From: Caldilineaceae bacterium
Lineage (GTDB): Bacteria > Chloroflexota > Anaerolineae > Caldilineales > Caldilineaceae
Direction of reading: 5' to 3'
Assembly: GCA_963664185.2 (NCBI GenBank)
Contig: CAXXOQ010000143.1
Location: 3,821 to 67,820 of the forward strand
DNA length: 64,000 nucleotides
Part shown: positions 1 through 10,551 of the stretch, piece after piece
How the letters are laid out: every line of letters begins with the position of its first letter
Numbering within the stretch: the stretch's first letter is position 1
Program-made: the position numbers and the translations under genes
The notes under the pieces: model-generated
Database searches by the model: none
What the model saw: only the letters and a program-made list of their open reading frames with translations
Told to the model about the DNA's origin: nothing

Positions 1-149
1 AGAATCTCGGCCGCCATCGCCTCCAGGCGGTTGACGGAAGGATCCTCGCCATAGACATCATCGCCCAGATCCGCTTCCGCCATCGCGGTACGCATGGCAG
101 GTGTCGGCAGGGTTACGGTATCGGAACGCAAATCGATAGCTTGGGTCAT
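1..149 (-). CDS. ltaE: Low-specificity L-threonine aldolase, N-terminal fragment (gene continues off the left edge)
   Basis: My translation of the minus strand from the ATG at 149 gives [50 protein letters not shown]. This matches the conserved threonine aldolase N-terminus (DLRSDT...P...M...[10 protein letters not shown]). An AAGGAA RBS lies upstream. Confidence 0.8.
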   Translation of the reverse strand, partial: MTQAIDLRSDTVTLPTPAMRTAMAEADLGDDVYGEDPSVNRLEAMAAEI

Positions 150-183
150 GTCAGTTCCTTCTTGGTCGAATGCAGGATTGTAC

Positions 184-834
184 TTACCGGCTCAGGCTCC
201 CCTTGGTACTGGGAATACCGGACCGCCGCGGGTCCCGCTGCGCAGCACTGTCAAGGGCGCGGGCCAGAGCCTTGAAAAGCGCTTCCGCCTTGTGGTGATC
301 GTTGTGCCCGTACAGAACTTCCGCATGCAGATTCATGGCCGCATGGAAAGCCAGGGATTCCAGGAGGTGACCGATCAGATCGGTACCCAGCTGGCCCAGC
401 CGGTCCGTGCGGAAATCCGCCTTGCAGACACAGTAGGGACGGCCGGACAGATCCACCACTACCCGCGCCAGGGTCTCATCCATCGGCACGTAGCAGTGCG
501 CGGTACGGACAATCCCCTCTTTGGTGCCCAGGCACTGGGCCAGGGCCTGGCCCAGGCAGATCATGACGTCTTCGGCCGAATGATGTTCATCCACTTCCAG
601 ATCGCCCTGGCAGGTCACTTCCAGATCGAACAGTCCGTGATGGGCCCACAGCGTGAGCATGTGATCCAGAAAGCCAATGCCGGTCTGAATCCGGGAAGTT
701 CCCTGACCATCCAGGTCCAGAGTAACCTGCACATCGGTCTCGCGGGTGGTGCGGTGTATCGTGGCCCGCCGTTCCGGCAGGAAACGGCTCTTTTCCCGGG
801 TTGCTTCGGGCTGGACACCACCACTACCACTCAT
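184..834 (-). CDS. hisB: Imidazoleglycerol-phosphate dehydratase
   Basis: 216 aa ORF with [17 protein letters not shown] and SAEDV motifs typical of HisB. It sits in a his cluster. Confidence 0.95.
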   Translation of the reverse strand: MSGSGGVQPEATREKSRFLPERRATIHRTTRETDVQVTLDLDGQGTSRIQTGIGFLDHMLTLWAHHGLFDLEVTCQGDLEVDEHHSAEDVMICLGQALAQCLGTKEGIVRTAHCYVPMDETLARVVVDLSGRPYCVCKADFRTDRLGQLGTDLIGHLLESLAFHAAMNLHAEVLYGHNDHHKAEALFKALARALDSAAQRDPRRSGIPSTKGSLSR

Positions 835-865
835 ATTGCCCTCGCCATAGCATTCCGTGTTAGTG

Positions 866-1990
866 TCATGTTCCGTGATCCATCTGGTGCAGCACGGCCA
901 TCAGCCGTTCCAGCTGTTCTTCCCGACCGACCGAGATCCGGATGCAATCTTCCAGCCCCGGCTTGTTGTAGTAGCGCACCAGGATGCCCTGTGCCCGCAA
1001 CTGTGACCAGACGCTGTGGGCATCCCGTCCGGTCACTTGGCAAAGCAGGAAATTGCCGGCTGAGGCATAGGGTTGCAGGAAGGAAACAGAGCCCAGGGAC
1101 TGGTACAGTGTATCCCGGTTGCGGCGAATGCGTTGTACCACCTGCGCCACTTCCTCCCTGTGCTGCAGACTGGCCAAGCCGGCGACCATGGCCGCCACAT
1201 TGACATTGTACGGCTGCTTGAATTTCCAGAACATGGGCATCAGCCACGCGGGAAACGCGCCATATCCCAGGCGCAGACCGGCAATGCCCAAGGCCTTGCT
1301 GAACGTCCGCAACACAATCAGGTTGTCATGCGCCAGCACCCAGTCCATGCGCGAGGCCTGATGGGCGAAATCGACATAGGCCTCATCCAGGACCACCATG
1401 ACGGGCAGTGCCAGCAGGCGTGTCAGCTCGGCATCCGCCAGCCAGGTCCCGGTGGGATTGTTGGGGGACGTGGCAAACACCATTTTGATACGGCCCGGCT
1501 CTTTCCGCTGTGATGCCCGCACCGCCTGTTCCACGGCCGCCACATCCACGGCAAAATCCTTCCGCCGCCAGACCGGGCAAACCGCAGCCCCTGTCAACTG
1601 GGCATCAAAACTGTACATGCCGAACGTAGGGGGCAGATCGATGATGGCGTCACCCGCCGTCAGGAACATGCGGCAAAGGTAATCCAGCAGTTCGTCGGCA
1701 CCGCTGCCTACTACGATGTTGGCCGCCGGCACCTGGCTGTCCCGGCTGATGGCCTCGCGCAGGGCTGTCTGCTGGGGATCGGGATAAATGTGGTAGTAGG
1801 GATACTCGGCCAGCGCGTCGAGAATTACCGGCAGGGGACCGTAGGGATTCTCATTGGCATCCAGTTTCACGATCTGCCCGGGCGTGCGTCCCAGACTCCG
1901 GGTAAGCACCTCGAAGGGCTGGATTGGCACATACTCCTCCAGATCCGTGACCAGGGGATTGAGCAGTTGGGCAGGATGTCGTTTTGTCAT
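866..1990 (-). CDS. hisC: Histidinol-phosphate aminotransferase
   Basis: 374 aa ORF with [10 protein letters not shown] near the N-terminus, a class II aminotransferase fold, and the RTFSKA PLP-lysine motif. Lies between hisD and hisB. Confidence 0.95.
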   Translation of the reverse strand: MTKRHPAQLLNPLVTDLEEYVPIQPFEVLTRSLGRTPGQIVKLDANENPYGPLPVILDALAEYPYYHIYPDPQQTALREAISRDSQVPAANIVVGSGADELLDYLCRMFLTAGDAIIDLPPTFGMYSFDAQLTGAAVCPVWRRKDFAVDVAAVEQAVRASQRKEPGRIKMVFATSPNNPTGTWLADAELTRLLALPVMVVLDEAYVDFAHQASRMDWVLAHDNLIVLRTFSKALGIAGLRLGYGAFPAWLMPMFWKFKQPYNVNVAAMVAGLASLQHREEVAQVVQRIRRNRDTLYQSLGSVSFLQPYASAGNFLLCQVTGRDAHSVWSQLRAQGILVRYYNKPGLEDCIRISVGREEQLERLMAVLHQMDHGT

Positions 1991-2016
1991 GTTGCTGCCG
2001 GTGCGTGCGCGTTCCG

Positions 2017-3363
2017 TCAGGCGGGTGCCGGTGGAGGGGATGGATCCAGTCTTGTGGTTACGGCCTGGGCATGCGCATCCAGGCCTTCCGCCTGGGCCAG
2101 ACGCACCGCCGCCGGTCCAATGTGGTCCACTACTGCATGATTCAGGCCAAACAGGCTCACAATGCGCACGAAATCCAGTACGTTGAGCGCACTGCTGAAA
2201 CGGGCCGTGCCGTTGGTCGGCATTACATGGCTGGGTCCCGCCACGTAATCCCCCAGCACCTCAAAGCTGTCATGGCCCAGAAACACGCCCCCGGCATTGC
2301 GGATGCGTCCCACCCAAGTCCAGGGATCCGATACCATCAGGCAGAGGTGTTCCGGCGCATACTGGTTGGCCAGACCTACGGCTTCCTCCAGGGAGGCGGT
2401 TACGACAATCCCGCTGCCCCGTTCCAGGGAGCCACGGATGATCGCGCGCCGGGGCAGGGAGGGCAGATACTGCACTACGCGCTGCTGCACCTGTTCCGCC
2501 AGTCTGCGACTGGGCGTGAGCAGGATGGCACTGGCCAGGACATCATGTTCCGCCTGGCCCAGCAGATCGATGGCCACCGTGTCCGGATCCGCCGCGGCGT
2601 CCGCCAGAATCATGGTTTCGGTGGGTCCCGGCAAGCCATCAATGCCCACCTGGCCAAACAGCTGTTTCTTGGCCAGTGTCGTGAACAGGCCCCCCGGTCC
2701 ACAGATCTTGTCTACCGGCGGTACCGATTCCGTGCCATAGGCCAGGGCCCCAATGGCCTGGGCGCCACCCGACACATACACGGTCTCCAAGCCCACGACA
2801 TGGGCGGCCGCCAGAATGATTTCGTGGGGCATGCCGGTCTCTGCCTGCGGGGGGGTAATCAGGGTGATGGATGGCACACGGGCCACCTGGGCCGGAATCA
2901 CGGTCATGAGCAGTGTGCTGGGCAACGGCGCCGATCCCCCGGGGCAGTAGATCCCCACCCGGTCCACCGGCTGTACCAGTTGCCCCAGGAAACCCTCGGG
3001 CGAGGAATCGAGCCAACTGGCCTGGGGCTGTTTCTCGTGGAAGCGGCGGATACGCTGGGCGGCCATCTGCAGGGCTCCGGCCAAAGCGGGGGACAGGCGT
3101 TCATACGCGCGGGTCAATTGGTCGGCCTCCAGCGCCAGATCCGCCGGGCGGCAATGATCGAGCCGGGCTCCCCAATCCCTCAAAGCCTGGTCGCCCCGCT
3201 GTCGCACATCCTGGAGAATCTCCCGGGTCGCCTCCTCGGCCGAAACCGGTCGCCCGAAAATCTCCTGCAGGTGGGACAGCAGTTCCACCGGCGGTTCGAT
3301 CTCCGCAAAGGGTGTGCGCAACAGGATGGATGCCTGTGCCTCACTCTTTTCCAGTATGCGCAT
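2017..3363 (-). CDS. hisD: Histidinol dehydrogenase
   Basis: 448 aa ORF with CPGG, AGPSHV(M)PT and QAEHD-type motifs of HisD. Confidence 0.95.
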   Translation of the reverse strand: MRILEKSEAQASILLRTPFAEIEPPVELLSHLQEIFGRPVSAEEATREILQDVRQRGDQALRDWGARLDHCRPADLALEADQLTRAYERLSPALAGALQMAAQRIRRFHEKQPQASWLDSSPEGFLGQLVQPVDRVGIYCPGGSAPLPSTLLMTVIPAQVARVPSITLITPPQAETGMPHEIILAAAHVVGLETVYVSGGAQAIGALAYGTESVPPVDKICGPGGLFTTLAKKQLFGQVGIDGLPGPTETMILADAAADPDTVAIDLLGQAEHDVLASAILLTPSRRLAEQVQQRVVQYLPSLPRRAIIRGSLERGSGIVVTASLEEAVGLANQYAPEHLCLMVSDPWTWVGRIRNAGGVFLGHDSFEVLGDYVAGPSHVMPTNGTARFSSALNVLDFVRIVSLFGLNHAVVDHIGPAAVRLAQAEGLDAHAQAVTTRLDPSPPPAPA

Positions 3364-3506
3364 ACAATCCGAACCTCAACACCAACAGGCACGATCCCCG
3401 AAACGGGATTATAAGGTGCTGGCAGCCACTTGCCATGAAAACAGGCCGGGGTACGTGACCGCCGCCGGCCTGCGGGAGTCCGGGACTGGCCCTGCCGGCA
3501 CCATCG

Positions 3507-4025
3507 TCAGGCTCCCGTGACCATGCTGCCCCAGCCGGAAGTCGCCGCAGGCGGACAGAGCTGAAACGGATGAAATGTGACTTCGTGTGCCTGCAACCGC
3601 CCGTCACGGTACGTGAACTTGCCGGAGAAAAAGCGGCCCTGGTCAATCCACGGCAGAAAGATGCGATCGCCTTCCCAGAGATTCAGGTCCAGGACGGCCT
3701 GATCCTCTATCCACTGCAGAGTCCCTTCGGGCGAATCAATCAGCGTACCCGTGAACTCATGGGCCGTATAGACAAAGACAAACCAGTCATCGACTTCGTC
3801 AAAGCTGGGGAACGTCAGGATCCCATGCAGCACCGGATGGCATATGTCCAGACCGCTTTCTTCCCGTACCTCACGCACCACGCACTCTTCCGGGGACTCG
3901 CCCAATTCCACCTTGCCCCCCAAACCATTCCATTTTCCTTCATGAAAGTCGTTGTCTTTCTTGACGCGGTGCAGCATCAGGGTCCGGCCGGCCTGCCGCA
4001 CATAACAGAGGGTACCAAGTTTCAT
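3507..4025 (-). CDS. NUDIX hydrolase (MutT-like)
   Basis: 172 aa ORF with a NUDIX box, GGKVELGESPEECVVREVREESGL. Confidence 0.8.
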   Translation of the reverse strand: MKLGTLCYVRQAGRTLMLHRVKKDNDFHEGKWNGLGGKVELGESPEECVVREVREESGLDICHPVLHGILTFPSFDEVDDWFVFVYTAHEFTGTLIDSPEGTLQWIEDQAVLDLNLWEGDRIFLPWIDQGRFFSGKFTYRDGRLQAHEVTFHPFQLCPPAATSGWGSMVTGA

Positions 4026-4060
4026 GGCCAGTGTTCCCCAAACCTCGTCGTGCCGGCAGT

Positions 4061-5095
4061 TCAGTAAGCCAGCAGATCCCGGGCTGCGGCCAGAATCTTG
4101 GCGGTGCCGGGGCGGTAGGCATCTTCCAGGGGTGGACTGAAGGGCACAGGTACGTCCAGGCCGCCCAGCCGCTGCACGGGGGCATCCAGATACTCAAAGG
4201 CCTGTTCGGCGATCAGGGCCGCCACCTCAGCGCCCACCCCCATCAGGCGATTGGCGGAATGCACGATGAGAACCTTCCCCGTACGCCTTGCCGTGGCCAG
4301 GATCCGGTCCGTGTCCAGGGGCTTGATGGTGCGGAGGTCAAGCACATCCACCGTTACGCCTTCCGTTTCCAGCTGGTCAGCCGCCCGCAGGGCTTCCTGC
4401 AGTTGGGCGCCATAGGTGATCACGGAAATGTCATCCCCGGCCCGTATCCGGTGCGCTTCGCCGATGGGGATCAGGTATTCCCCTGCCGGCACCGGGCCCT
4501 TGAGGGAGCGGTAAAGGGTCTTGTTCTCAAAGTAGACCACCGGATTGTTGTCCCGGATGGCCGCCACCAGCAGGCCCTTGGCATCCGCCGGGGTGCCCGG
4601 ACAGATCACCTTGAGCCCGGGCACATGGGCAAACCAGGCTTCGGGATTCTGGCTGTGAAAGGGCCCCGAACGGGTGCCGCCATCGGCCGGGGCCCGGATC
4701 GTCCAGGGCACCGCTGCCTGCCAGATGTAATGGGTCGTGGCCGCGTATTGCACGATCGCATCGAAAGCCGTGGTAATGAAGTCGGCAAACTGCACTTCAA
4801 TGACGGGCCGCAACCCCATCATCGCCATGCCCGTCGCCATACCCGTAAAGCCCAGTTCGGACATGGGCGTGTTCATGACACGGCGATCACCGTACTTGGC
4901 GGCCAATCCCTGCGTGACATTGAAAGCGCCGCCGAACTCGCCGCCGACATCCTCGCCCAGGATGAAGACATTCGTATCCCGTGCCATCTCCTGATCCAGG
5001 GCTTCGGTAATCGCCTGGAGATAGGTCAGGGATCGGCTGTCTGTTGCCACATGGGTGGGATTCTGTACCGGGGTCCGCGTTGCCGTGTCCAACAT
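4061..5095 (-). CDS. 2-oxoacid (pyruvate/branched-chain) dehydrogenase E1 component, beta subunit
   Basis: 344 aa ORF with a transketolase-like pyrimidine-binding domain and C-terminal domain (NVFILGEDVG..., MNTPMSE). Directly follows the alpha subunit. Confidence 0.9.
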   Translation of the reverse strand: MLDTATRTPVQNPTHVATDSRSLTYLQAITEALDQEMARDTNVFILGEDVGGEFGGAFNVTQGLAAKYGDRRVMNTPMSELGFTGMATGMAMMGLRPVIEVQFADFITTAFDAIVQYAATTHYIWQAAVPWTIRAPADGGTRSGPFHSQNPEAWFAHVPGLKVICPGTPADAKGLLVAAIRDNNPVVYFENKTLYRSLKGPVPAGEYLIPIGEAHRIRAGDDISVITYGAQLQEALRAADQLETEGVTVDVLDLRTIKPLDTDRILATARRTGKVLIVHSANRLMGVGAEVAALIAEQAFEYLDAPVQRLGGLDVPVPFSPPLEDAYRPGTAKILAAARDLLAY

Positions 5096-5104
5096 AGGCG
5101 TATG

Positions 5105-6085
5105 TCAGTCTGCGTAGATTCCGTCCAGCACGGTTCCGGGATCGGGGAACGGACTCTGTTCCGCTTCCGCAAACGCTTCCTGGATTTCCGTATCCACTTC
5201 TGCTTCCAGTGCAACCAACTGGTGTGTATCCACCATGGCCTGATGGAGCAGGCGCTCCCGAAAGGCCCGCACGGGATCCCGGGCTTCCCACTCCGCCAGC
5301 AAGGCGGCGGGCACATATTCGGCACTGTCATGGATGGCATGGCCCAGCATGCGCATGGTCCGGGCTTCAATCAGGCCCGGCCCTCCGCCCTGCCGTGCCC
5401 GTTCCAGCATGCTGCAGGCCGCGTTGTATACACTCTCCACATCGTTGCCATCCACCACGGTCGCGGGTATGGCATACGCCTTGGCCTTGTCCACCAGTTC
5501 CGGCACAGCCGTGTGCTCCGTGGCCGGGGTGGAATAGGCATACTGGTTGTTTTCCAGAATGACTACCAGGGGGGCTTGATACAACGATGCCATGTTCAGG
5601 CATTCGTGAAAGACCCCGGCCGTCGATCCCCCGTCTCCGCACACCGTCAGGGCCGCTTGCGGCTGATTGCGATACCGGAAGCTCATGGCGGCACCCAGCG
5701 CCGGCGGCAGGGACTGGGGTATATGGCTGATAAAGCCGATCAGATTGAGGCGCAGATCCCCGTTGCCGTGCAGATTGGCATCCCGCCCCCGGGTCGTGCC
5801 ATTGGCCCGTCCCAGCAGATTCGCGTAGATCTGCCGGGGTGGCAGGCCCCGCAACAGATACATCCCTACATTGCGGTGCATCGGCGCCACCGCATCGTCC
5901 TTCTGCAGGGAAAAGCCGGCGCCAATACTTACCGCTTCATGGCCCCGTGCACTGAAACAGGTACCCAGGCCCCGTCCCTGTTTCCACATGGAAACCATGG
6001 TTTCATCAAAGCGGCGGGTCAGATACATCCACCGATAGACTTCGATTTTCTGGGCACAGGAAAGGAGCGCGAAGGGGGCAGTCAT
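5105..6085 (-). CDS. 2-oxoacid dehydrogenase E1 component, alpha subunit (TPP-dependent)
   Basis: 326 aa ORF with a GDG(X)n-NN TPP-binding motif (CGDGGSTAGVFHECLNMA...LENNQYAYSTP). Confidence 0.9.
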   Translation of the reverse strand: MTAPFALLSCAQKIEVYRWMYLTRRFDETMVSMWKQGRGLGTCFSARGHEAVSIGAGFSLQKDDAVAPMHRNVGMYLLRGLPPRQIYANLLGRANGTTRGRDANLHGNGDLRLNLIGFISHIPQSLPPALGAAMSFRYRNQPQAALTVCGDGGSTAGVFHECLNMASLYQAPLVVILENNQYAYSTPATEHTAVPELVDKAKAYAIPATVVDGNDVESVYNAACSMLERARQGGGPGLIEARTMRMLGHAIHDSAEYVPAALLAEWEARDPVRAFRERLLHQAMVDTHQLVALEAEVDTEIQEAFAEAEQSPFPDPGTVLDGIYAD

Positions 6086-6807
6086 GGAGCAGGGTTACAT
6101 CGGGCCAAACGCGACAGGATCTCGGCCACGGTCTCCTCAAGCGTGAAATCGGTTGTATCTATGATATCAGCATTTGCCGCAGGCACGGAGGGTGCCACAG
6201 CTCGTGTGGCATCCTGGTGATCCCGGTTCTGCATGTCTTCCCGCACCGTGGCCAGGGGCGTGGGTTTGCCCTGTTCCGCCAGCTCTCGATACCTGCGGCG
6301 GGCACGGACATCCAGGTCAGCATCAAGGAAGAACTTGCAGCCAGCGTCGGGAAACACGACCGTGCCGATATCCCGTCCAATGATGACCACCCCGCCGTCG
6401 GGCTGGGAATTCTCCAGATGGTCCAGTCCAATTTCCCGCATCTGTATCGTAAGTGCATGGCGCACGCCGGGATTTGCCGACACCGTGGGCAGCAGTTGAT
6501 CCACTTCGGGACTCCTCAGATTCCAGGTCACATCCTGGCCACCCATCCTGACGGTGGTCGTCCGTCCATCTGCGATTTCATGCACGGCAGGGGGACGCAA
6601 TTGTACCTGCAGGGCTTCCGCGGTCTCGTTCATCCTGGTGGAGGAAATGGGAGAACCATCCTGCAACAGTGCCCAGCATACGGCCCGAAACAGGATGCCG
6701 GTGTCAAAGAACAGATAGCCCAACGCATGGGCCACCCGAAAACCGACGGAGGACTTGCCGGAGGCTGAGGCCCCGTCAATGGCAATACAACGGGAAAACA
6801 TAACCAT
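6082..6807 (-). CDS. cmk: Cytidylate kinase (start uncertain; the ORF is open to 6840)
   Basis: IAIDGASASGKSS P-loop and Cmk-like body. The stop overlaps the E1-alpha start in an ATGA overlap (6082-6085). Confidence 0.85.
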   Translation of the reverse strand: MVMFSRCIAIDGASASGKSSVGFRVAHALGYLFFDTGILFRAVCWALLQDGSPISSTRMNETAEALQVQLRPPAVHEIADGRTTTVRMGGQDVTWNLRSPEVDQLLPTVSANPGVRHALTIQMREIGLDHLENSQPDGGVVIIGRDIGTVVFPDAGCKFFLDADLDVRARRRYRELAEQGKPTPLATVREDMQNRDHQDATRAVAPSVPAANADIIDTTDFTLEETVAEILSRLARCNPAP

Positions 6808-7031
6808 GTCGTGTCGGTCTGCGACCTGTCTGGGCATCAAGCCTCACCGGAGAAACGGGATCGACTTCTGTCACCCAGCGCAGGTCCCAATGGCTGCGGT
6901 CGTCCCTGACTGGCTTGTGGCATTTCTGGTACACACCTTTTCCCGTTCCCGATTCCCCAAGTTCTTGGCCGGCGTGGCCGACGGGATGCCGCACGTTCGT
7001 ACAACCCGGAAAGCCGACACAGGTACCGACT

Positions 7032-7863
7032 TTATCCTCGGCCGGGGACTTGGTCGGTATTCCCGAGAGCCGTGGAAGGATCGATACCGTGCGCCTGCAG
7101 AATTCTGGATAACTTCCGTAATTCATCCTGCTGTGCAGCGATCTCGACATTCTTGGCCGTTAACCTGGCTTGCTGCTTGGCCAGCTTCCTGTCCTTCTCT
7201 TCTCCCGCCAGCAACCAGGTTTGGGTTTTCGTTCCCAGATGCGCAAGGTTCACCAACCTCGTGCATCACGCTGACAGGCGACATGCGTCTGCAGCCACCG
7301 GCTCTCCATCACCCATTCTGTCCCGGTGGTAGTAAGGGGCAAGGGCGGGTACACGCCTGCGTGCAATGCCCATCCCTGCAGGGGATCTACAGATGCGTCC
7401 CGAAACTTGCCCTGTGCATCAAAAATCCAGTATTCCTCTACCCCAAGCCCCTGATACACCTCCAGCTTGTCTACCAGGTCGCGGCGGCGCGTGGACCGCG
7501 AAAGCACTTCCACCAGCAGGGAGGGCGGCCGCTCGCAACGATCGCCATCGTATCCTTTCCCGTCATAATCGACGCTGACGTTCCTGGCGGATGCCACGTG
7601 TACCATCAGATCGGGATAGAAGACAGTTCGGATCCCCGCCACGGTGCACTTGTACCATTCGTCCCGACGTACCTCGCAGGTTTCATCCTGGAGCTGTGCC
7701 CATTGGTTCAGGGCATCCTGCAGCACAGTTTGGACATCGTTATGGGCTGGATGCACAGAAACATCCTCCCCTTGTCGCAGTCATTGCCAATCCAGTCCTG
7801 CAGTTCTTTCTTTTGTCCGGCGCCGGATTCTGTCCAGGACAGGACAGGCATAGTGGTACCCAT
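7032..7863 (-). pseudogene. Uma2-family (DUF820) endonuclease gene split into three reading-frame pieces
   Basis: The core ORF 7250-7756 has the PDLMV...PSLLVEVLS(R)ST...D...K...Y...GV.EYW(I)FD Uma2 signature. The coiled-coil C-terminal tail typical of the family (TWLLAGEE...LRKLSRILQAHGIDPS) lies in another frame (7032-7256). A GGAGGA RBS plus ATG at 7863 opens a third frame (MGTTMPVLSWTESGAGQKKELQDWIG...). Confidence 0.6.
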
Positions 7864-8117
7864 GGCAACGGTTTCCTCCTAACTGGCGACCATCTAATTG
7901 TACCTTATGGATATGAACCGCACAGGTTCAGGTTGTGCCACTGACACAGTGGGAATTGGTTGCATTGCGGGAACAGAGCGCAGGGATGGGGACGTGAGAC
8001 AGTACGCAGGATTCTGGGCAGTTCCGGGTGCACTGGATCGTATTTCATAACCCCTCAAATGCAGCAGGCGCAGGGAATTGGTGCCGAGGCTTCACGAGGC
8101 AGGCATATGGTAGTGGG

Positions 8118-8414
8118 TTACACCATGATTTTGTCCTGATGATAGCCCCTTTGTGTATCCAGCACACTGTCGGTAACCCTCCCGCGTTTGACCTTGCAGT
8201 ACAACATGAAGATTCCTCTGTCAGGGCATCCGGCGGCTTTTCGGACATTGGGGGAAAGGTACTGTCGGCTCTGGTAACCCTGCGCCAAAGGACTGCGCCC
8301 CATCCAGTCCATCCCGTTTGGGTTTCCGGATTCAGGTATAGGCCATCGGCTGTCGATCGCTTCGTCACGGCTGAGGTCCGTATCCCGCAACTTTACCCCG
8401 ATACCGTCAAACAC
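8118..8414 (-). CDS. Hypothetical protein or gene fragment with no recognisable family
   Basis: 98 aa ORF with a GTG start in a more AT-rich stretch. The frame stays open upstream almost to the ADH stop with no ATG, so it may be a remnant. Confidence 0.25.
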   Translation of the reverse strand: MFDGIGVKLRDTDLSRDEAIDSRWPIPESGNPNGMDWMGRSPLAQGYQSRQYLSPNVRKAAGCPDRGIFMLYCKVKRGRVTDSVLDTQRGYHQDKIMV

Positions 8415-8524
8415 GCCCTGTTCCGGGATCGGTACAGTTATGCTGCCAGACCGGGGCCCACAGTCGCCCTGCGGCGAGCAAGGAGGAGCAGACCGGCTCC
8501 CTTTCCCGGTATGCTGGCCTCACA

Positions 8525-9538
8525 CTACGGCTGTAACAGAATTTTGAGCGCACCGGATCGACTTGCGGCGGCCATTGCTTCGGCCCCATCCGCCAAAGGC
8601 ATCTCACAGTCAATGATTTCTGCTGCTGGAAACTTGCCGGAACGGGTGCCCGCCTGCAGCCAGGACAGGGCCCAGGCAAAGGGACCACAACGGCTGCCCC
8701 TTACCTGTATCTCGTTGACCACCAGGGTGTTCAGATCCAGGTGTCCCGTGTGTTCCGCTTTCGTACTCTTGAGCACCAGCGTTCCCATGGGCCTGACCAT
8801 GGACTGAGCCATGGTATAGGCACTCCCGGAGCCCGCACATTCCACCACAATGTCAAAGGCATGGTACTCACGTTCTGCCACGTGCAATTCCCTGTCCGCC
8901 ACATTTTCGGTCTGGATCCCCCTTGCCGCCAGCAGTCCGAGTTTGCGATCATGCCGCCCAAACACCTGCAGATCACACCGGGTGTCCTGCAGGGTCAAGG
9001 CTATGAGCAGGCCAAGCTTGCCATCGCCGATCACTGCTACGCGCTGGGCAGGTCCAATCGACAGCTGTTCCTGAATGCGCAGTGCCGCCGCCACGGGCTC
9101 GGTAAACACGGCTACCCTGTCTTCCATGCCCGCCGGCACCTCGTGCAGGTTCACCACCGGGAGGGAAACATACGTGGCGAAAGCGCCATCATGGGCCAGA
9201 ATCCCCAGACAGGTCCGCCGGGCACAATGACGGAAGAAACGCCGCTGGCAGTCAGGACACGCGCCGCAGCCGACGTTGATTTCTCCCACCACCCGCTTGC
9301 CGATCCAATCAGGCTGTGCGGAACATGCCTCCACCACGCCCGTGAATTCATGGCCGAGGATCAGATCCTGGGACGGCATGTAACCGGCCAGCAACTGCAG
9401 GTCCGTATTGCATATGCCGGCCAAGGTTACCCGAATCAGGGCATCGGCCGCACCCGGTATGGGCACCGGGTAGTCCCTGCGTAACGTCAACCCGTGTTGC
9501 GTTAGCTGCAACGCCTGCATATAGGCTTGCGTCTGCAT
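8525..9538 (-). CDS. Zinc-dependent alcohol dehydrogenase family (MDR) oxidoreductase
   Basis: 337 aa ORF with GICNTD, GHEFTGVV and a structural-zinc Cys cluster (CGACPDCQRRFFRHC). Confidence 0.85.
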   Translation of the reverse strand: MQTQAYMQALQLTQHGLTLRRDYPVPIPGAADALIRVTLAGICNTDLQLLAGYMPSQDLILGHEFTGVVEACSAQPDWIGKRVVGEINVGCGACPDCQRRFFRHCARRTCLGILAHDGAFATYVSLPVVNLHEVPAGMEDRVAVFTEPVAAALRIQEQLSIGPAQRVAVIGDGKLGLLIALTLQDTRCDLQVFGRHDRKLGLLAARGIQTENVADRELHVAEREYHAFDIVVECAGSGSAYTMAQSMVRPMGTLVLKSTKAEHTGHLDLNTLVVNEIQVRGSRCGPFAWALSWLQAGTRSGKFPAAEIIDCEMPLADGAEAMAAASRSGALKILLQP

Positions 9539-9554
9539 GCGGCACCTGTAAAGG

Positions 9555-10511
9555 CTAGGCTGACGCCGCCGGAACCCCCTGCGGAATCTTCTGCGTCAGG
9601 AATTTGCGTTCGTGCCAAGCCACCAGCAGCGGGGTGGCATTGCAAAGGGAACTGTAGGTTCCCGAAATCAGACCCACGATCAGGATCGCCATGAATTGCT
9701 GCAGGGTGGCCCCACCCAGAAACAGAATGGCCACCAGGACCAGCAGCGCCGTAATCTGGGTGGCAATGGACCGCTGCAGGGTCTCCACCACGCTGCGGTT
9801 GGCAATGGTAGCGAACCTTTCGCCCTGATAGCGTCGCTGATTCTCGCGGATGCGATCAAAGACCACAATCGTATCGTTTACGCTGAATCCGATGACCGTC
9901 AGCACCGCTGTGAGGAAAAGCGCATCGACCTCCCACGAAGCGATGAGACTCATCAGGGACAAGAATGACAATGTGACCAGAACGTCGTGGACCAGGGCGA
10001 CAATGGCACAGGCACCGTAGCGCAAGGGATGACTGACATGCCGAAACGCCGCAGTAATATACAGGAGAATGGCGATCGCCGCCACCACAATGGCCACAAA
10101 GGCCGCCCGACTCACTTCAGCGCCGATGGAAGGACCAATGTTGCGGTAGAACAGCTCGTCAAAGGGTCCGACCTGCGCGGCAATCAGGCCCTCAAGCTTC
10201 TCCTTGACGTTGTTGTCAATGTTCTTGAGCTTGAGTTGTACCGTCCGATCATCCTGCACCAGGAACGCTGTGGTATCGGTCAGGCCTTCATTCAGCATGA
10301 CTTCCCGTACCACTTCCGGCTGCACGGGTACTTCAAAGCGTATTTCCCACTGTACGCCCCCGGTATAGTCGATGCTGAGGGGCAACAGGCCCTGTCCGGA
10401 GACACCCCGGATCACCATGAACAGCAGTCCCGGCAAAATGATGATCAGGGAGAAAACGAACCAGAGGGTACGCTTTTCGACAATGTTGATCCAGGCAGAT
10501 TGTCCATTCAT
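9555..10511 (-). CDS. secF: Protein translocase subunit SecF (the alternative start at 10565 overlaps secD)
   Basis: SecF-type 6-TM protein (FSVNDTIVVFDRIREN motif) directly after secD. Confidence 0.9.
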   Translation of the reverse strand: MNGQSAWINIVEKRTLWFVFSLIIILPGLLFMVIRGVSGQGLLPLSIDYTGGVQWEIRFEVPVQPEVVREVMLNEGLTDTTAFLVQDDRTVQLKLKNIDNNVKEKLEGLIAAQVGPFDELFYRNIGPSIGAEVSRAAFVAIVVAAIAILLYITAAFRHVSHPLRYGACAIVALVHDVLVTLSFLSLMSLIASWEVDALFLTAVLTVIGFSVNDTIVVFDRIRENQRRYQGERFATIANRSVVETLQRSIATQITALLVLVAILFLGGATLQQFMAILIVGLISGTYSSLCNATPLLVAWHERKFLTQKIPQGVPAASA

Positions 10512-10551
10512 GGGAAGCAGGCAGGTCGCGGGTAAAGGGGGTACGGCGAAT

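Noticed and set aside
6776-7150. 124 aa minus-strand ORF spanning the cmk N-terminus and the tail of the Uma2 remnant.
   Set aside because: It overlaps two better-supported features in other frames and has no family resemblance.
7905-8048. 47-codon Cys-rich ORF (MKYDPVHPELPRIL...) upstream of the Uma2 gene, with a GAGGGG motif.
   Set aside because: The SD-like motif is only 2 nt from the ATG, there is no recognisable family, and it lies in a decayed region. Evidence is insufficient to call a gene.
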